From the human T2T-CHM13v2.0 reference genome, Homo sapiens, in the NCBI RefSeq assembly GCF_009914755.1, contig NC_060935.1: DNA of 64,000 bases; one strand, written 5' to 3'. The notes under the pieces are model-generated. The model was given only the letters and a program-made list of their open reading frames with translations, had not been told where the DNA came from and did not search any database. Position numbers and translations under genes: made by a program. This document shows, in pieces, positions 27,688-44,531 of this stretch. Positions within the stretch are counted from its first letter, which is position 1. Each line of letters opens with the position of its first letter.

Positions 27688-30600
27688 AATAGGATTATTA
27701 GTTTTCCTCCTGTAGAGTTGTTTGGGCTACTTACATATTTTGGTTATTAAACCCTTGTCAGATGAATAGTTTGCAAATATTTTCTTCTATTCTGTGTGTT
27801 GTTTCTTCATTTCATTGATTGTATCCTTTGCTGGGCAGAAGCTTTTTAACTCGATGTGATCTTTTTTGTACATTTTTGCTTTGGTTGCCTGTGATTTTGG
27901 GGTATTACCCCAAAAATATTTGCCCGAACCAATGTTTTGGATAGTTTTCCCAAAGATTTCTTTTATAATTTTATAGTTGGAGGTTGTAGACTTAAGTCTT
28001 TAATCCTTTTGATTTGATTTTTGTATATGACGAGAGATAGGGGTTTAGATTCTTTCTTCTGCATGTGGATATTGTTTTCCCAGCACATTTTAATGATGAG
28101 ACAGAAATGCATATTCTTAGCATCTTTATTAAAAATGAGTTTATTGTAGCTGAGTAGATTTATTTCTGGGTTCTTTACTCTTCCATTGGCCTGTGTGTCT
28201 GTTTTTATGCCAATACCTTGCTGTTTTGGTTACTATATTTCTGTAGTATAATTTGAAGTAAGGTAATGTGATTTCTCCTGTTTTGCTCTTTTTGCTTAGG
28301 ATGGCTTTGGCTATTCTGAATCTTTTGTGGTTCTCTGTAAAATTCAGGGTTATTGTTTCTGTTTCTGTGAAGAATGCCATTGATGATTTGATAGGTGCTG
28401 CATTGAATCTGTCAATTGCTTTGAGTAGTATGAACATTTTAACAATATTATTCTTCTAATTCTTGAACATGTAGTATCGTTCCATTATTTGTGTCCTCTT
28501 CAGTTTCTTGAATCAATGTTTTATAGATTTCCTTGTAAGAATCTTTTATGTCTTTGGTTAAGTTTATTCCTAGGTATTTTATTTTATTTGTAGCTATTAT
28601 AGATGAGATTATTTTATTGATTTCTTTTTCAGATTGTTCATGATCAGCATATAAAATTGCTACAGATTTTTGCATGTTAATTTTGGATCCTGAAATTTTA
28701 CTGAATTTATCATGTCTAATAGTTTTTTGGTGGAGTCTTTAGGCTTTTCTGAATAGAACATCATATCATTTGCAAACAAGGATAATTTTCCTTTTTCCTT
28801 CCCAATTTGAAACACATTTTATCTCTTTCTCTTCTCTAATGGCTCTAGTTAGGAGTTCAAATACTATGTTGAATAATCGTGAAGAAAGCGGGCATCCTTG
28901 TCTTGTTCCAGATCTTAGAGGAAAGGCTTTCAATTTTTCCCCATTCAGTATGATAGTAGTTGTGGGTCTTTTGTGTATGGCTTCTATTGTGTTGATGTAT
29001 GCTCCTTCTATACCAAGTAGTTTTGGGTTTTTATCATGAAAGTATGTTGTATTTATCAAATGCATTTTCAGCATCAAATGAAATAATCCTATGGTTTTAT
29101 CCTTCATTCTGTTGATAAGATATATCACATTGATTAATTTGCATATGTTAAATGATCCTTGCATCCTAGGAGTAAATCCCCCTTGGTTATGAGGAATAAA
29201 TGTATTTAATATACTGTTGAATTCAGCTTGCTAGTATGTTTTAAAGATTTATGCATTGATATTTATCAGAGATATGGGTCTGTAATTTTACTTATTTGAT
29301 ATGTCTTTGTCTAGTTTTGGTGTCAGGGCAATACTAGCCTCATAGAATCAGTTAGAAAGTCGTCCTTTTTCCTCTATTTTCATAATAGTTTGAGTAGAAT
29401 TGGTATTATTTCTCTTTAAGTGTTTGATAAATTTCAGCAATGCAGCTATTGCATCTCAGGCTTTTCTTTACTGGGAGACTTTTTATTACAGCTTCGATTT
29501 TATTACTTATTATTGGTCTGTTCAATTTTTAGATTTCTTCATGGTTCAATTTTTGTAGGTTGTATATGTCTAGAAATGTATCAGTTTCTTCTATGTTTTC
29601 CAGTTTGGGGCATATAGTTGTTTATATTAATCTCCAGTTATCCTTTGAATTTCTCCAGGATTAGTTGTAATGTGTCCTTTGTCATCTCTGATATTATTTA
29701 TTTGGATCTTCTCTCTTTTACTCTTAGTCTGGCTTATCTTCTGTCAATTTTGTTTTTATTTCCAAAAAATCAATTTTTGTCTTGTTGCCTTTTTGTATTA
29801 TTTGTTTTAATTTCATTTATTTCTGCTGTGATCTTTATTATTTCTTTGCTCTACTAATGTTGGTTTCAGTTTGTTCTCGCTTTTCTAGCACCATCAGGCT
29901 GTTTATTTGAAGTTCTCTGCTTTTTGATGTAGATGTTTATAGCTATAAGCTTTACTGCTTTTACTATGTCCACAGGTTTTGGATTGTTGTGTTTCCATTT
30001 TTATTTGTTTCAGGACATATTTTAGTTTTCTTAATTTCTTTGTTGACGTCTTGGTCATGTAGAAGCATCTCGGTCATGTAGAAGTGCTTGTATGGTTTCC
30101 AAAGTTTCTATTATTATTGATTTCTAGTTTTATTCTATTGTAGTCCAAAAAGATGCTTGATATTACTTATATTTAAAAAATATTTTAAGACTTGTTTTGT
30201 GGCCTCACATGTGGTCTATCTTTGAGAATGATCCATGTGCTGAGGAGAAAAAAAGTGTGCTCTGCAGCCTTTCGATGAAACGTTCCATAAATATCTATTA
30301 GGTCATATAGTCTATAGTGCAGATTAGGTTTAATTTTTGTTGTTGTTGTTGTTGTTAATTTTCTCTCTGGATGATTTGCACAATGTTGAAAGTAGGGTAT
30401 TGAACTCTCCAGCTATTACTGTATTGAGGTCTCTCTCTTTAAGTCTAATAATATTTGTATTATATAATTGCATGCTTCAGGGTTGGTTGCATATATATTT
30501 ATAAATATATCTTCTTGCTGAATTGACCCCTTTATCATTATATAATATCCCTCTTTGTCTTTTTTATGTTTTTTGTCTTGAAATCTATTTTTTTCTGGTA

Positions 30601-33185
30601 TAAGTGTAGCTACTCCTGCTCTTTATCTGTTTTCATTTGCATGGAATGTCTTTTTATATCCCTTTATTTTTAGTCTGACTATGTCTTTACAGTTGAAATG
30701 TATTTCTTATAGGCAGTAGACAGTTGGGGCTTGTTTTCTTAATCCATCCATCCTTTCCTTGTCTTTTGATTGGAGCATTTAATCCATTTAAATTTAATGT
30801 TATTATTTATATGTAAGGACTTGATACTGCCATGTTATTATTTGTTTTCTGTTTATTTTTGTTCTTCTTTTCCTACTTTGCTTTCTTCCTGTCTTCCTTT
30901 TAGTGAAGGTGATTTTCTCTGGTGGTATGTTTTAATTTTTTGCTTTTTTTGTATGTGTATCTGTTACAATTTTTATGATTTGAGGTTATGAGGCTTGCAA
31001 ATAACATCTTATAATCCACAATTTTAAACTGATGACAAGTTAACATGGATTGCAAATATAAACTCTCAAATAAGCAAATAAAAATGAATAAAAACTATGT
31101 TTTAACTTCATTCTACCCACTTTTAAACTTTTTGTTGTTTCTATTTATAACTTATTATACTGTCTAAATCCTGAAAAGTTTTAGTTCTTAGTTTTGACAG
31201 TTTCATCTTTGAGTCTTTCTTCTCAGGATATGATTAGTTTACAAAACACAATTATAGAGTTACAATATTATGTATTTTTCTGTGTAGTTACTATTACCAG
31301 TAAGTTTTGTCCCTTCAGGTGAGTTATTATTGATTGTCACCATCCTTTTATTTCAGGTTAAATAAGTCCCTTCAGCATTTTTTGTAGGACAAGACTGGTG
31401 TTGATGACATACCCTCAGCTTTTGTTTGCCTGAGAAAGTCTTTACTTCATTTAATGTGTGAAGAATATTTTTACTAGATATACTATTCTAGGATAAAGGT
31501 TTTTTTTTTTTTTTCAGCACTTTAAATATGTCTTACCACTCTCTCCTGGCTTGTAAGGTTTTCGCTGAGAAGTCTGCTGCCAGACATATTGGAGCTGCTT
31601 TGTATTTTATTTGTTTCTTTTCTCTTGCTGCCTTTAGAATAGGCTTTTTATCCTTGACCTTTGGAAATTTGATTATTAAATGTCTTGAGGTTGTCTTACT
31701 TTAGTTAAGATTGCTTGGTGTTCTATGACCTTCTTGTACTTTAATATTGATATCTTTCTCTAGGTATAGAGAAAATAACATTCTCTGTTATTTTCCCTTT
31801 GAATAAACTTTCTTTGTCTATCTCTCTCTACTTCATTTTTAATGCCAGTAACTCTTAGATTTATCCGTTTGAGACTATTTTCTAGATCTTCTAGGCATGC
31901 TTCATTTTCTTACTTCTTTTTTCTTTTGTCTCATCTGATTATGTATTCTCAAATAGCCTGTTTTCAAGTTCATGAATTCTTTCTTCTGCTTCATCAATTC
32001 TGTTGAGAGACTGATGCATTAATCAGTATTTCAACTGAATTTTTCAACTCCAGAATTTCTCACTGATATTTAAAGAAAATTTTAACATGTTTGTTAAATT
32101 TATCTGATATGATTCTGAATTCCTTCTCTGTGTTATCTTGAATTTTGTTAAATTCAATTTTTTTCTCAAAAAAAAAGTATTTTGAATTTGCTATCCAAAT
32201 GGTCATATATCTCTGTCCCTCTGGTATTGGTCACTGGTGCCTTATTTAGTTTTTTGATGTCATGTTTTCCTGGATAGTCTTGGCCCTTGTAGATGTTTGT
32301 CAATGTCTGGGCATTGGAGAGTTAGCTTTTCATTGTAATCTTCACAGTCTGGGCTTGTTTTAACCCATCCTTCTTGAGAAGGCTTTCCAAGTATTCAAAG
32401 AGAATTGAGCATTGTAATCTTAGTCTTTGGTCACTGCAGCCATATATGCATTAGTGGGTGCCCCAAGTCCAGGAACACTTTGAGTTTTGCAGACTTTTAG
32501 AGGTACCATCTTTGTGGTCTTGCGTAAGATCTGGGGAAAGTCCCTAGGTTACCAGACAGAGTCTTTGGTCCTCTCTCCTTACTTTCCCTAAAACAAATGG
32601 AGTCCTTGTCTCTGTATTGCATTGCCTGGGCTTAGGGAAGGAGTGACAAAACCACCCTTGTGACCATTACCACTGAGACTGTGCTGGGCCAAACCTGAAA
32701 CCAGCACAGTACTGGGTCTCACCCAAGGCCTGTGATGAATATTGCCTTGCTACCACTGATGTATATTCCAGGACCAAGGGCTCTAACCAGCAGATGGTGC
32801 ATCCAGCCACACCTGTGTCTTACCTTTCAGGGTGATGGGCTCCCTTCTGGCCCAAGATTGGTCTAGAAATGCTGTCCAGAAGCTAGGGACTGGAGTACAG
32901 AACTTTAGAAATCTATTTCTTTTATATTACTATAGCTGAGCTGGTAGCCAAGTGGCAGTACAAAGTCCCTTTTACTCTTTCCTCTCCTTTCCTCAAGCAG
33001 GAGTCTCTTGTGTGGCTGCCACCACCCCAGGCCCATGGTGAGTATTGCCTAGTTATTGCTGATGTTTATTTAAGGCTCAAGAGCTGTTTAGTTCACAGGA
33101 AATAAATCCTGCCAGGCCTGGGTCTTTCTCTTCAGGTTAGCAGCTTACCTTCTAGTTCAAGATGGGTCTAGAAATATCATCCAGA

Positions 33186-33470
33186 GGCCAGGCGTGGTGG
33201 CTCATGCCTGTAATCCCAGCACTTTGGGAGGCTGAGGCAGGCAGATCACAAGGTCAGGAGTTCGAGACCAGCCTGGCCAACATGGCGAAACACCGTCTCT
33301 ACTAGAAAAATACAAAAATTAGCTGGGTGTGGTGGCAGGCACCTGTAATCCCAGCTACTCAGGAGGCTGAGGCAGGAGAATCACTTTAACCCGGGAGGCA
33401 GAGGTTGTTGTAGTGAGCCGAGATCATGCCATTGCACTCCAGCCTGGGTGACAAGAGTAAGACTCTGTCT

Positions 33471-33503
<33 letters not shown>
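33186..33503 (+). mobile_element. AluS (AluSg-like)
   Basis: Full dimer with gatcacaaggtcaggagttcgagacc and a long pure A tail; TSD atcatccaga 33176-33185 / 33504-33513. Confidence 0.93.
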
Positions 33504-33508
<5 letters not shown>

Positions 33509-34516
33509 CCAGAAGCTAAGACCTAGAACCTAGAATCAGGGATATTAGTGTCTCCTTGATGCTTTATTTTACCGTGGCTGACCTGGTATCCAAGTAGCAA
33601 GACAAAGTCCTTTTAACTATTGCTCCTCCTTTCCTAAGGAAAAAGGAGTCTTTCTCCATGACAATAACAGCTGGGAATGCACTGGGTCACACATCAAGCC
33701 AGAAATTTACTGGGTCTCACCCAAGGCCCATGGCCAGTACTGCTTATGTTTATTCAGGGCTCAAGGACTCTTCAGTTAATAAGATAAATTCTGCCAGAAC
33801 TGGGTCCTTCCCTTCAAGACAGTGGGTTCTCTTCTGGCCCAGGGTATGTCTAGAAATGTCTTCCAGGAGCTAAGGCCTGAAATGGAAGCTTCAAGGCTCC
33901 GCTTGGTGTTTTATTGTGCTGTGGCTGAGCTGGTATCCAAGTTGCAAGACAAAGTCCTCTTTATTTTTACCTCTCTTTTTTTCAAGCAGAAGTAGTCTCT
34001 TCCAGAGCTGTAAGCTGTGCTGCCTGGGTTTGGGGAATGGGTTACATAAGCACTTCCTTGGCTGCCTCAATTGGTGTCTCACTGGGTCACAAACACCCCA
34101 AGTCCACCGGTCCTGAGCCCAACACAGCACTAGAACTTTTCCAGAAGGTGCAATCCTTGTGACCTAGACAGCCTTTCACATTTATTTAGGACTCTATACC
34201 CCTTGAGCTCACAGTGTCAGGGCTAGTTGGAACTCAGGTTTCAACGACTGGATGGAGAATTTCCCTTGGGCTAGGGCTGGTCTAAATGCTCCCTCCGTGG
34301 GCACCAGCTGAATTCTGCCCTGTCTTGCTTTCTGCTGCTACAGGCAGCCTGATTTCCAATGCAAACTCCCATGATCACTGTGCTTCCCCCAACCCTGGCC
34401 AGCACATAGGGATGAGGGAAGATGGCATTGGAAATTTAAGGCTGTTTTTTCTACCCTCTTCAGTTTCTCTTTCCTTGATGTCATGTTAAAACCAAATACT
34501 GCTGTCACTCAGCTGA

Positions 34517-36846
<2,330 letters not shown>

Positions 36847-37005
36847 TCACCTAATTTTTTTATTCTTATGAATGTGCTTTCACATGTGGATAGTTTTTCA
36901 ATTTGGTTTTCCTGTGGGATGTGGGGGACAATCGCTGGAGGTTTCTATTTGACCATCCTAACTTTATCTTTCTCTATCTAGTTTTCTCAACAAGCAAGAC
37001 GAAAT

Positions 37006-37525
37006 TGTAGCAGTTTTAAAAGAGCTTTGCAAATTCTTTGTCACTCCTCCCATTGAGAATTAGGGTCTACGTCTCTTCCTCTTGACTCTGAACTGGACTT
37101 GGTGATTCACTTGTAACCAATAGAATGCAGCAGACTCATTGCTATGTGTCTTCCAATGCTGGGTCAGAAAAAGCTTCCACTTGTTTTCCTTTGTTTGCTC
37201 TGGCCAAAGTCAGCCCACATGTAAGAAGTCAAACTACTCTAGGTGTTCAAATAATCTATCTAGTCAACAGCCATAGCTGAGTGCCCAGCCAATAGTTCCC
37301 ATCAACTTTCAGCTGTGTACTTCTTGGAAATTTAGTCAGTTCAGGCTTCAGATAGCTAGTCTTAGCTGTTATTTGACTACAACTGCATGACAGATTTGTA
37401 CTAAGAGCTACCCAGGTAAGCCCTTATGAAATTCCTAGCCCACAGAATTGTGAACAAAATAAAATAACTGTTGTTTTACAACATTAAGTTTTAAATATTT
37501 TATGCAGCAGCAGTAATCAGAGAGA
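37006..37525 (+). mobile_element. MLT1G/H-like solo LTR
   Basis: caaattctttgtcactcctcccattgag, accaatagaatgcagcaga, cccacagaattgtgaacaaaataaaat. Confidence 0.75.
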
Positions 37526-38999
37526 TATGATGAAATAATACCACCTCTTAAGATTGTTCTAAAAATTGAATGACTTAATGTGTGTAAAAGTACTTAGAAC
37601 AATGCTTGAGTAAGTATTGTACAGAGTAAGCACCTATGCCAAAATGCAGGCTTATATTAATATGCTGGTCAATTTCCATTTTCTAATGTAATGGAAAATA
37701 GTAGATTTTCAGGATGAAATTTAAAAAAATAAAAATTACTATAATAATGAATAAAAAGTATGTATATGCAATAGAGTGGTTTATTCACTGGACAGAGTAC
37801 CTAGGTCTTATGATACATTTAGGGACACATAAATATGTCTTAATATTAAGTTCTTTTAAAATCAGAAGAAAAAATCTCATAATGGTAAAAATATAATAAA
37901 TACAGTTTAGATGATATTCCTCCTTATAAAATAAATTTTATCATTAAAATTTTAACATAATTTTTAATATTTTAGGAGAGTATGAAGGCAACGTGCTTAA
38001 AGTCCACAAAAGTCATAATGTGGTTCTGAACATGCACAAATTAATCATAGATTTTAGAGCTTTTTAGAGCTTTCAGCCCTGTTGTTACTCTAAAATTCTT
38101 TCTTATATGCCTATATTTTGTTTTTTGAAATTCATCTGCCTATTTGAGTTCTTGTCCAGTTTCCCACTAAGGTAACCCTGTGTGACAGTAATTTATGGGT
38201 GCAAAATAAACTGAAATTCCTAATTTGAAATGTTGGTGAGGTTAGAAACGATCTCAGAAGAAGCATTTAGGCTGAAGAATACATGCTTGTAAAGAGATAT
38301 GAAAGTTATCGGAATCTTATCCCAAATTCACTCTTAATTTTGTGCTTAGGGTGGTTTCCACTTAAAATCGTTTTATCTCTGAAACTATAAAGTTGGGTGA
38401 TCTCTGTGTGGTGTTAGAATTTTACATCTTCATATCAGCTCAGGCCCATTTGGAGATGGGGAGGTTTCAACTTTTGAAAACATCTTTTAAGTTGGCCAAA
38501 TATATTTGGACAACTGTACGTGTGTTTAGTCTGTAATTTATATGAAAGTATATCTCTAATTTTGTTGGCATTGTATGTTGCATCAGCATTTAGAGAAGAC
38601 AGGTTTTAAGTGGTATTTCTGATTCCTTCAGCAGAATGAAGTGCTGCCAATTATTAGTCTATTCTGAGTTGATCTTAAATGAGGTCTAAAAGGAAAGGCA
38701 ATTTAAAACCCTGAAAGCACTCAACACACCCATGCATTAAGTTCTGGGTAATGATAAAAGAATAGCCAAACTATTTAATATGAATGATATTTGAAAAAAT
38801 TCTTTCTGTGTACAACACTTATACTGCTGCTGTGAAGAAATATTAGATATAGTTCTCAACAACATTGGGTCTAGAAACTAGTTGCTGAAATAAAAACTTA
38901 CGTATGGTGCCATGGGCATGAAATTTCATTAAACTGACAAAAGAATCAGGTTCTGATTCCAGGTCCATAAAGTCATAATTGAAGAATTCTTATCAAATA

Positions 39000-39125
39000 T
39001 ATTTTCTCCATGAGCTTCACTTTCTTCTTCTGCTAAGTTGAGAAAATTAAGCTTTCCCCATCTGCTGCAACATGTGTTTATGAGGGGTAAGGAGAGATAT
39101 AACACATGAAACACTTAAGCGGTAA
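39000..39125 (+). mobile_element. MIR fragment
   Basis: tgagcttcactttcttcttctg...atgaggggtaaggagagatataacacatgaaacactta. Confidence 0.45.
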
Positions 39126-40019
39126 TGTGAGAGAGCAGTGTTGGTAATTGTTGTAATAATAGTAGCAGTGTTAATAGCAAGAAATAACGAATAAACATAA
39201 GGACTGACATTTTACCGAAAATGCAGATTTAGAAAGAAACTTCGCAGATATGCATTTGAATTCAAAAGCAACATTAATTAAGCATGCACTACGAAATGGA
39301 AATCATACTGCCCCCAGGAGTATGAAAATTAATAGGAAAGGATTGCTATCATTGAAGAGTTTTCACTCTAGAAGAGAAACTACACAAAATAAATATAAAA
39401 TTCTATAAAACTTCAGTGTATAGTAAGAATTACCAGATTACTGAACTGAATTATTTAATAATAATTTTAAATTAGGGGACCCACAGTGTTCAATTTGGTT
39501 TTCTCTAATGATGTTTAAAACTTTATCATAATTTCATACAAGAAAGAACATTTTAATATCTCAGAGAGGAATGTCATTACCTTAGAACAAAGACAATCAG
39601 CTTAGCAACTTTAAATATAATTAATCATTGTCTAAATTTATTTTAATCTACCATAGAACTTTGAAGACTTATGTATAAGAATACACAGCTCATATGTTGA
39701 AGTTTGGGAAACCAAACGAGGTTCAAAATACAGTGAGATAATAAAAAGAGCTGTGGCTAATTTATTCCATAGAGTTAGAATACGTATATTTTAATAGAGT
39801 ATTCATAAAGGAGGTTACTTACAAACTGAATTGTGAATTATGCCAGGCAATATAGGATACAGAAAGGTAGAAAAATATAGATCATATAGCATAGTCACTT
39901 AGAGTGTGGGCATCTCTTAGATTATTGTGATGATTACATAATATAGATAATTCATGCAAAAATTTTAACATGATATCTAGCACATACTAAGTGCTAAATA
40001 AATATTATGAACAGTCTTC

Positions 40020-40140
40020 CATCTTCTCCTTCTCCTCCTCTTCTCCTTTTTCCCCTCTCCACCTTCTTCCTCTTCCTTTCCCTCCTACTCCCTGCTTCCC
40101 TCCTCCCTTTTCCCTCTTTTTTCTTTTTCGTTTTCTTCTT
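40020..40140 (+). repeat. CT-rich polypyrimidine low-complexity tract at a MIR tail
   Basis: About 120 nt almost entirely C/T, preceded by MIR 3' text (tagcacatactaagtgctaaataaatatt). Confidence 0.8.
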
Positions 40141-40169
40141 ATTATTACTATTATTTTATGTAGCTAGTG

Positions 40170-40550
40170 TTAAATAGGCAGCAAGGTGTGTGAAAGGTGA
40201 AGGGAAATACAGGCATGTTCCAGAACAGAGATTATTTTATGTTATACTAGGGATGGGGACCTATGGGAGAGTCAACCTACATTTTATTTTTAGGAAGTTC
40301 TTTTTTATATTAGTGTAAAGAACAAATTGGTTGAGGCAAGAACTGTAACAGAAATATTAGTTTGGAGCCTGTTGTAGAGTTTAGGTGACACAGCATGATA
40401 GTAAACTGTGGCAAAAGTGCCAAGAAGAGGAAGGTAATGACAGATTGTAGGATTATTTAGGGAATGGTGAATAAATATACTGGGGTAAAGGACCCCAACA
40501 CATTTGTAAAGAAAAAGAAAGGATTTAAGATGCATCCCAGATTTCTGATT
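40170..40550 (-). mobile_element. L2 fragment
   Basis: Purine-rich antisense L2-like text ending aaggatttaagatgcatcccagatttctg. Confidence 0.45.
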
Positions 40551-41894
40551 CAATCATGCTATATTCATTCTATATTCTAAACACATTTCAGATATTCTGA
40601 ACGAACTATTTGACATACATTGAAAGTGAATTATTATTTTATAAGATAACACTTTGATCTTCAATATCTGAAACAAAAAGAACAAAACACTTTAGAGACT
40701 GAACTATTCCACAAGGTGGGAGAAATCAGGTTTAAATGTCTGTAATTTCTCTCTGTAGAGAAAATTAAAATGTCAGATGGTAAAATTATGCAGTACTTGC
40801 ATTGGATTCCAAAATTTTAAAGGGGAGAATATTGGCTTAGTTGGCAATTGTTATTTGGGGTTTATTGATCTAAACGGACAGTTTTGTAATAAGGCCAACC
40901 TCTGTCAAAAACAAATGCAAACACTGCTGAAAGTAAAATGCTAGTGGCATTCACTGTCAGGGAGAAATATGCTAAAAGGCAGATTTAGTTAAGGAAATTA
41001 TAAATGGAAGCTTCAAGTTCTGGTCTAGAAAATAACTTTTTAGCTCTGCGAATAGCAGTGTTATCCATGAATAAAAGGTCTTTGCATTTAAACTTTAGTT
41101 GTATGTAATACTTCATGTATTATACTAATTTATTACTAATAAAATAAAAAGGCTGAGGTGAAGATGTACTAACAATTTATTGGATTGTCCAGATAGTATT
41201 GCTATGAAATGCGTCCGTGGCAATTGTGACATTTTAATAGATGATATCTAAGATGCAAGAAGTCAACCTATCTTCCTTTAAAACCATGAGGAGAGTAAGT
41301 TTAAGATACTAACAGAATCATTAGTTCCTAAAAGAATTCCAAAATTATCTTCAGGCTTAAGGATTTCGAAACTTTCTTAGAATTTTGGTTTAAATCCACA
41401 TTTCAAAATTATGTCACTGAAAGAACAGACTACTGACCCCAGCGAAGAGCAAAATTATTCATTTTAGTACTATTAGCCTAGTAGTCTTCTTAGGACCCCA
41501 TAAAACAATGAAGGGTTCTAATTCCCTTGTCCTGATTTTTACCCAGAAGAAAAAAATGTCTGAGTGTACCAAAACATCTTTTATGATATTTCAACCAAAT
41601 GCAGTTTCAATAAACAGCAAACGAATACTTTAGATAACCTGGGGCTGAGGCATGGTATATGTTGAAATGAACGTTAAGGGACTCTGCTTTCTTTAACCAA
41701 ATAATTGGCAGTGTTTTTAACTTATAAGTAAATAGAAAAATGAATTGCAAAATGACAACCTAATGAAACGAATTGCTCCTTTCAAGTCTTTTGGTCATTT
41801 TTAATTGTAAAATGTTTTTGTTGCTCAGTTGTAGAAGTTCTTTACCTATGGTGAGCCTTCTATCACGTATATGATTTTCAAATGTTTTCTTCAA

Positions 41895-42000
41895 TTGGCC
41901 GTAGATTTTTAAGCACCGTGAGATCAAGGGCCATGTCCATTTTTTTCATCAATTTATTTGTCCCCAGTGGCTGGCATATATTATACCACTTATTCATAAA
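41895..42000 (+). mobile_element. L2 3' end fragment
   Basis: tagatttttaagcaccgtgagatcaagggccatgtc...tccccagtggctggcata. Confidence 0.55.
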
Positions 42001-42319
42001 CTTTCAATTATATGTTTACATTTTCAAATTATATTTTAAAACTCTGAAATTTAAAATGTCAAATATTAACTATAAAAATCTCATCTCCTGATGATGAGAA
42101 ATATCATTTTTATTTGAATCTTCATTCTTCTGTCTTTTCCAAATGTTTTCCTTTGAAATATACATGTTTATATCAGAAAGATATTAATCCTGCCCACCAC
42201 AAGTTCAGTTTAGAGAAGAAATTTCATTATGTAAAGAAATTAAATAATATTTGCAGCTACAATGAGAACTCTCTTAGATGTCCTCAGTGTTGAATTAGTG
42301 GGACCTCCTTAATATTCTT

Positions 42320-42455
42320 GAGAATGTAAGTGCCAGACAGAGGGCTAAGTATTTTGAATGAACTGATACTCTTCTTCACAACAGCATTTAGTGGAAGACA
42401 CCAATACATTATTTTATGGATGGAGTAACTGAGGTTTAAAGAGGTTAAGTAAAAA
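42320..42455 (-). mobile_element. MIR fragment
   Basis: attttatggatggagtaactgaggtttaaagaggttaagtaa is the antisense MIR core. Confidence 0.65.
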
Positions 42456-44531
42456 CCTAGACAAACAAATAGTTATTAAAGCTAGATATTTTGTATAAAA
42501 TCTTATTAAGAACTTGCCTCCTATTACACTAAATTTTACTATCTTAACAAAAGGAAATTTGCTTTATCTAAATTATCAAAAGTGTTCATTTTTTTTTTAT
42601 TCAGTCAGAACAGCTCTGAGCCAGTACTCTAATTATTCCTCATGAAACAATCAGGTAAAGCAGAATAGTCTAGTAAAAACCAAAGGACTTTTTTTTCAGA
42701 GGACATGCATGAATTAAAATTTAGGAAAATATCAATGAAAACTGCATGTGCCTAAAAAGGGAAAGATCTTGATTGATAATTATTTGTTTCAAAATAAAAT
42801 TACTTATATTTTACTGTAAAAATTTTGGTGACTTTTAATGTTGAAGGAAATGTTAATCGTAAGTAAAAAATAGAACATTCAAATATTCATTATAAAAGTA
42901 AATGAATGTAAATTATCACCACTTTGGTTAAGTTATAATTTCCTGTTAACTAAGGAAGAAAAAGACATGTAGAATTATATGTAGCTGTTATGGTTCAAAC
43001 AAAAAGGATGCAAATTATTTTCAGGATATTTTCCCTGACACCAATTCTAGAATGTATTGATTATGCAGATTTTGATGTAAGGGTGATTAAATAACACAAA
43101 GAGCAATTGCTCTAACTTCAGCTTTACAGAGGATAAAGGGCCCTTCTGATAGACAGTACATGTATTCCTTTCTGGAAAAATGAAACTGTTTATAAGTAAA
43201 TCTACATATACTGACAATATTTCCACAGTGGCCTTGAATATTATAATCTAGACAAATCCAGAATCTGTGACATTAAAAAGAGTTTAAATAGCTTGGAAGA
43301 ATATTTCACATGTTTCCAGTAGCTATCTATTTATTGTAATAATTACCTTGGAAAAGTTTTAAAAATTCAACTTCCAAGACTTAACCCTGGACCTATTGAA
43401 TAAATATTTCTTCATAGGACCCATGAAATCTCTCTAAATTATCAAATATTATTATTGATAATTTTACAAGTATGGATTGCAGTCATTTTATTTTATAACA
43501 GTTCATAAAAGGTTAATATTTTAGATTAATTACATAAAGAAGTCATATTGTAAAAGCAGGCTGTAAAAATTTAAAAGTTAAGGCAGAGTTAATTAAAATT
43601 TTAAGAGAGAACGTGTTTTTTTTTTGGTTAGTTTCTACATGAGTGTATGTATACTAGCCATTAAAAAGTAGGTCTGAATCTGCAAACGCATGCAGACAAG
43701 CATTGCAATGCTATCTCACAGTTGTACCAAATAGCAGGGAAGCAATTCTCTGGTTACCATAACCATGAAGGAATACCAGTATGGCTTCTTCAAAATGTAT
43801 TGCTAAGATTAAATATTACAGCCCAATTTTTGCACATGTTGCATTAATATCTCCATTTAAAATAATATTAATGTTTAAAAATCATACAGTAACACCACTT
43901 CATTTATAAAAATTAAGTAACTAAAATCTCTGTAGTAGGAATATTTTATTGAAGAAATTGAAACCCTATAGTAAATATAAAACTATGCATTTAAATGTTT
44001 CCAATAAGTTTGTGAAAACCTATAGATAAATATGTTTCTATTTACTAAAAACAAAACAACAACAAATAGCCACGTGTTATCTAATGATAGGGAGCTGGAC
44101 GTTATCCTTATGCCACTGTATAAATGACACTCACTAATGGCCATAATTAACTGTAAATGCAGTTATGGAATGCACTGCATTTGACTTGGGAATGTGACTG
44201 GTGATTACAATTTAAAAAATTAATGACACACCTACAAGCACACCAATTACCAACACAAGACTCCCGTTTTCATATACAATATAGAAAAATAGAACATTCT
44301 CAGATGTTCAACAATACCACCACCACCAGCAGCAACAACAGCAAAGCTGGGCAATCATCAAATTCACAACTATTCTTGAATCCATCAATGAAGTAAGATC
44401 ACAGGCCAACCAAGTAACTCCAAATCCATGGAAAGACAAGTATATCTAAGGACAGATGCAGATCAAGCAGTTGCTTATCTGGGACAGACACCAGTGGTCA
44501 GCTAAATATTTTGAGAAATTCTTCTCCATAA

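Noticed and set aside
40020-40140. Polypyrimidine tract as H-DNA or splice acceptor
   Set aside because: Irregular low-complexity sequence at a MIR tail with no clear mirror symmetry or adjacent exon.
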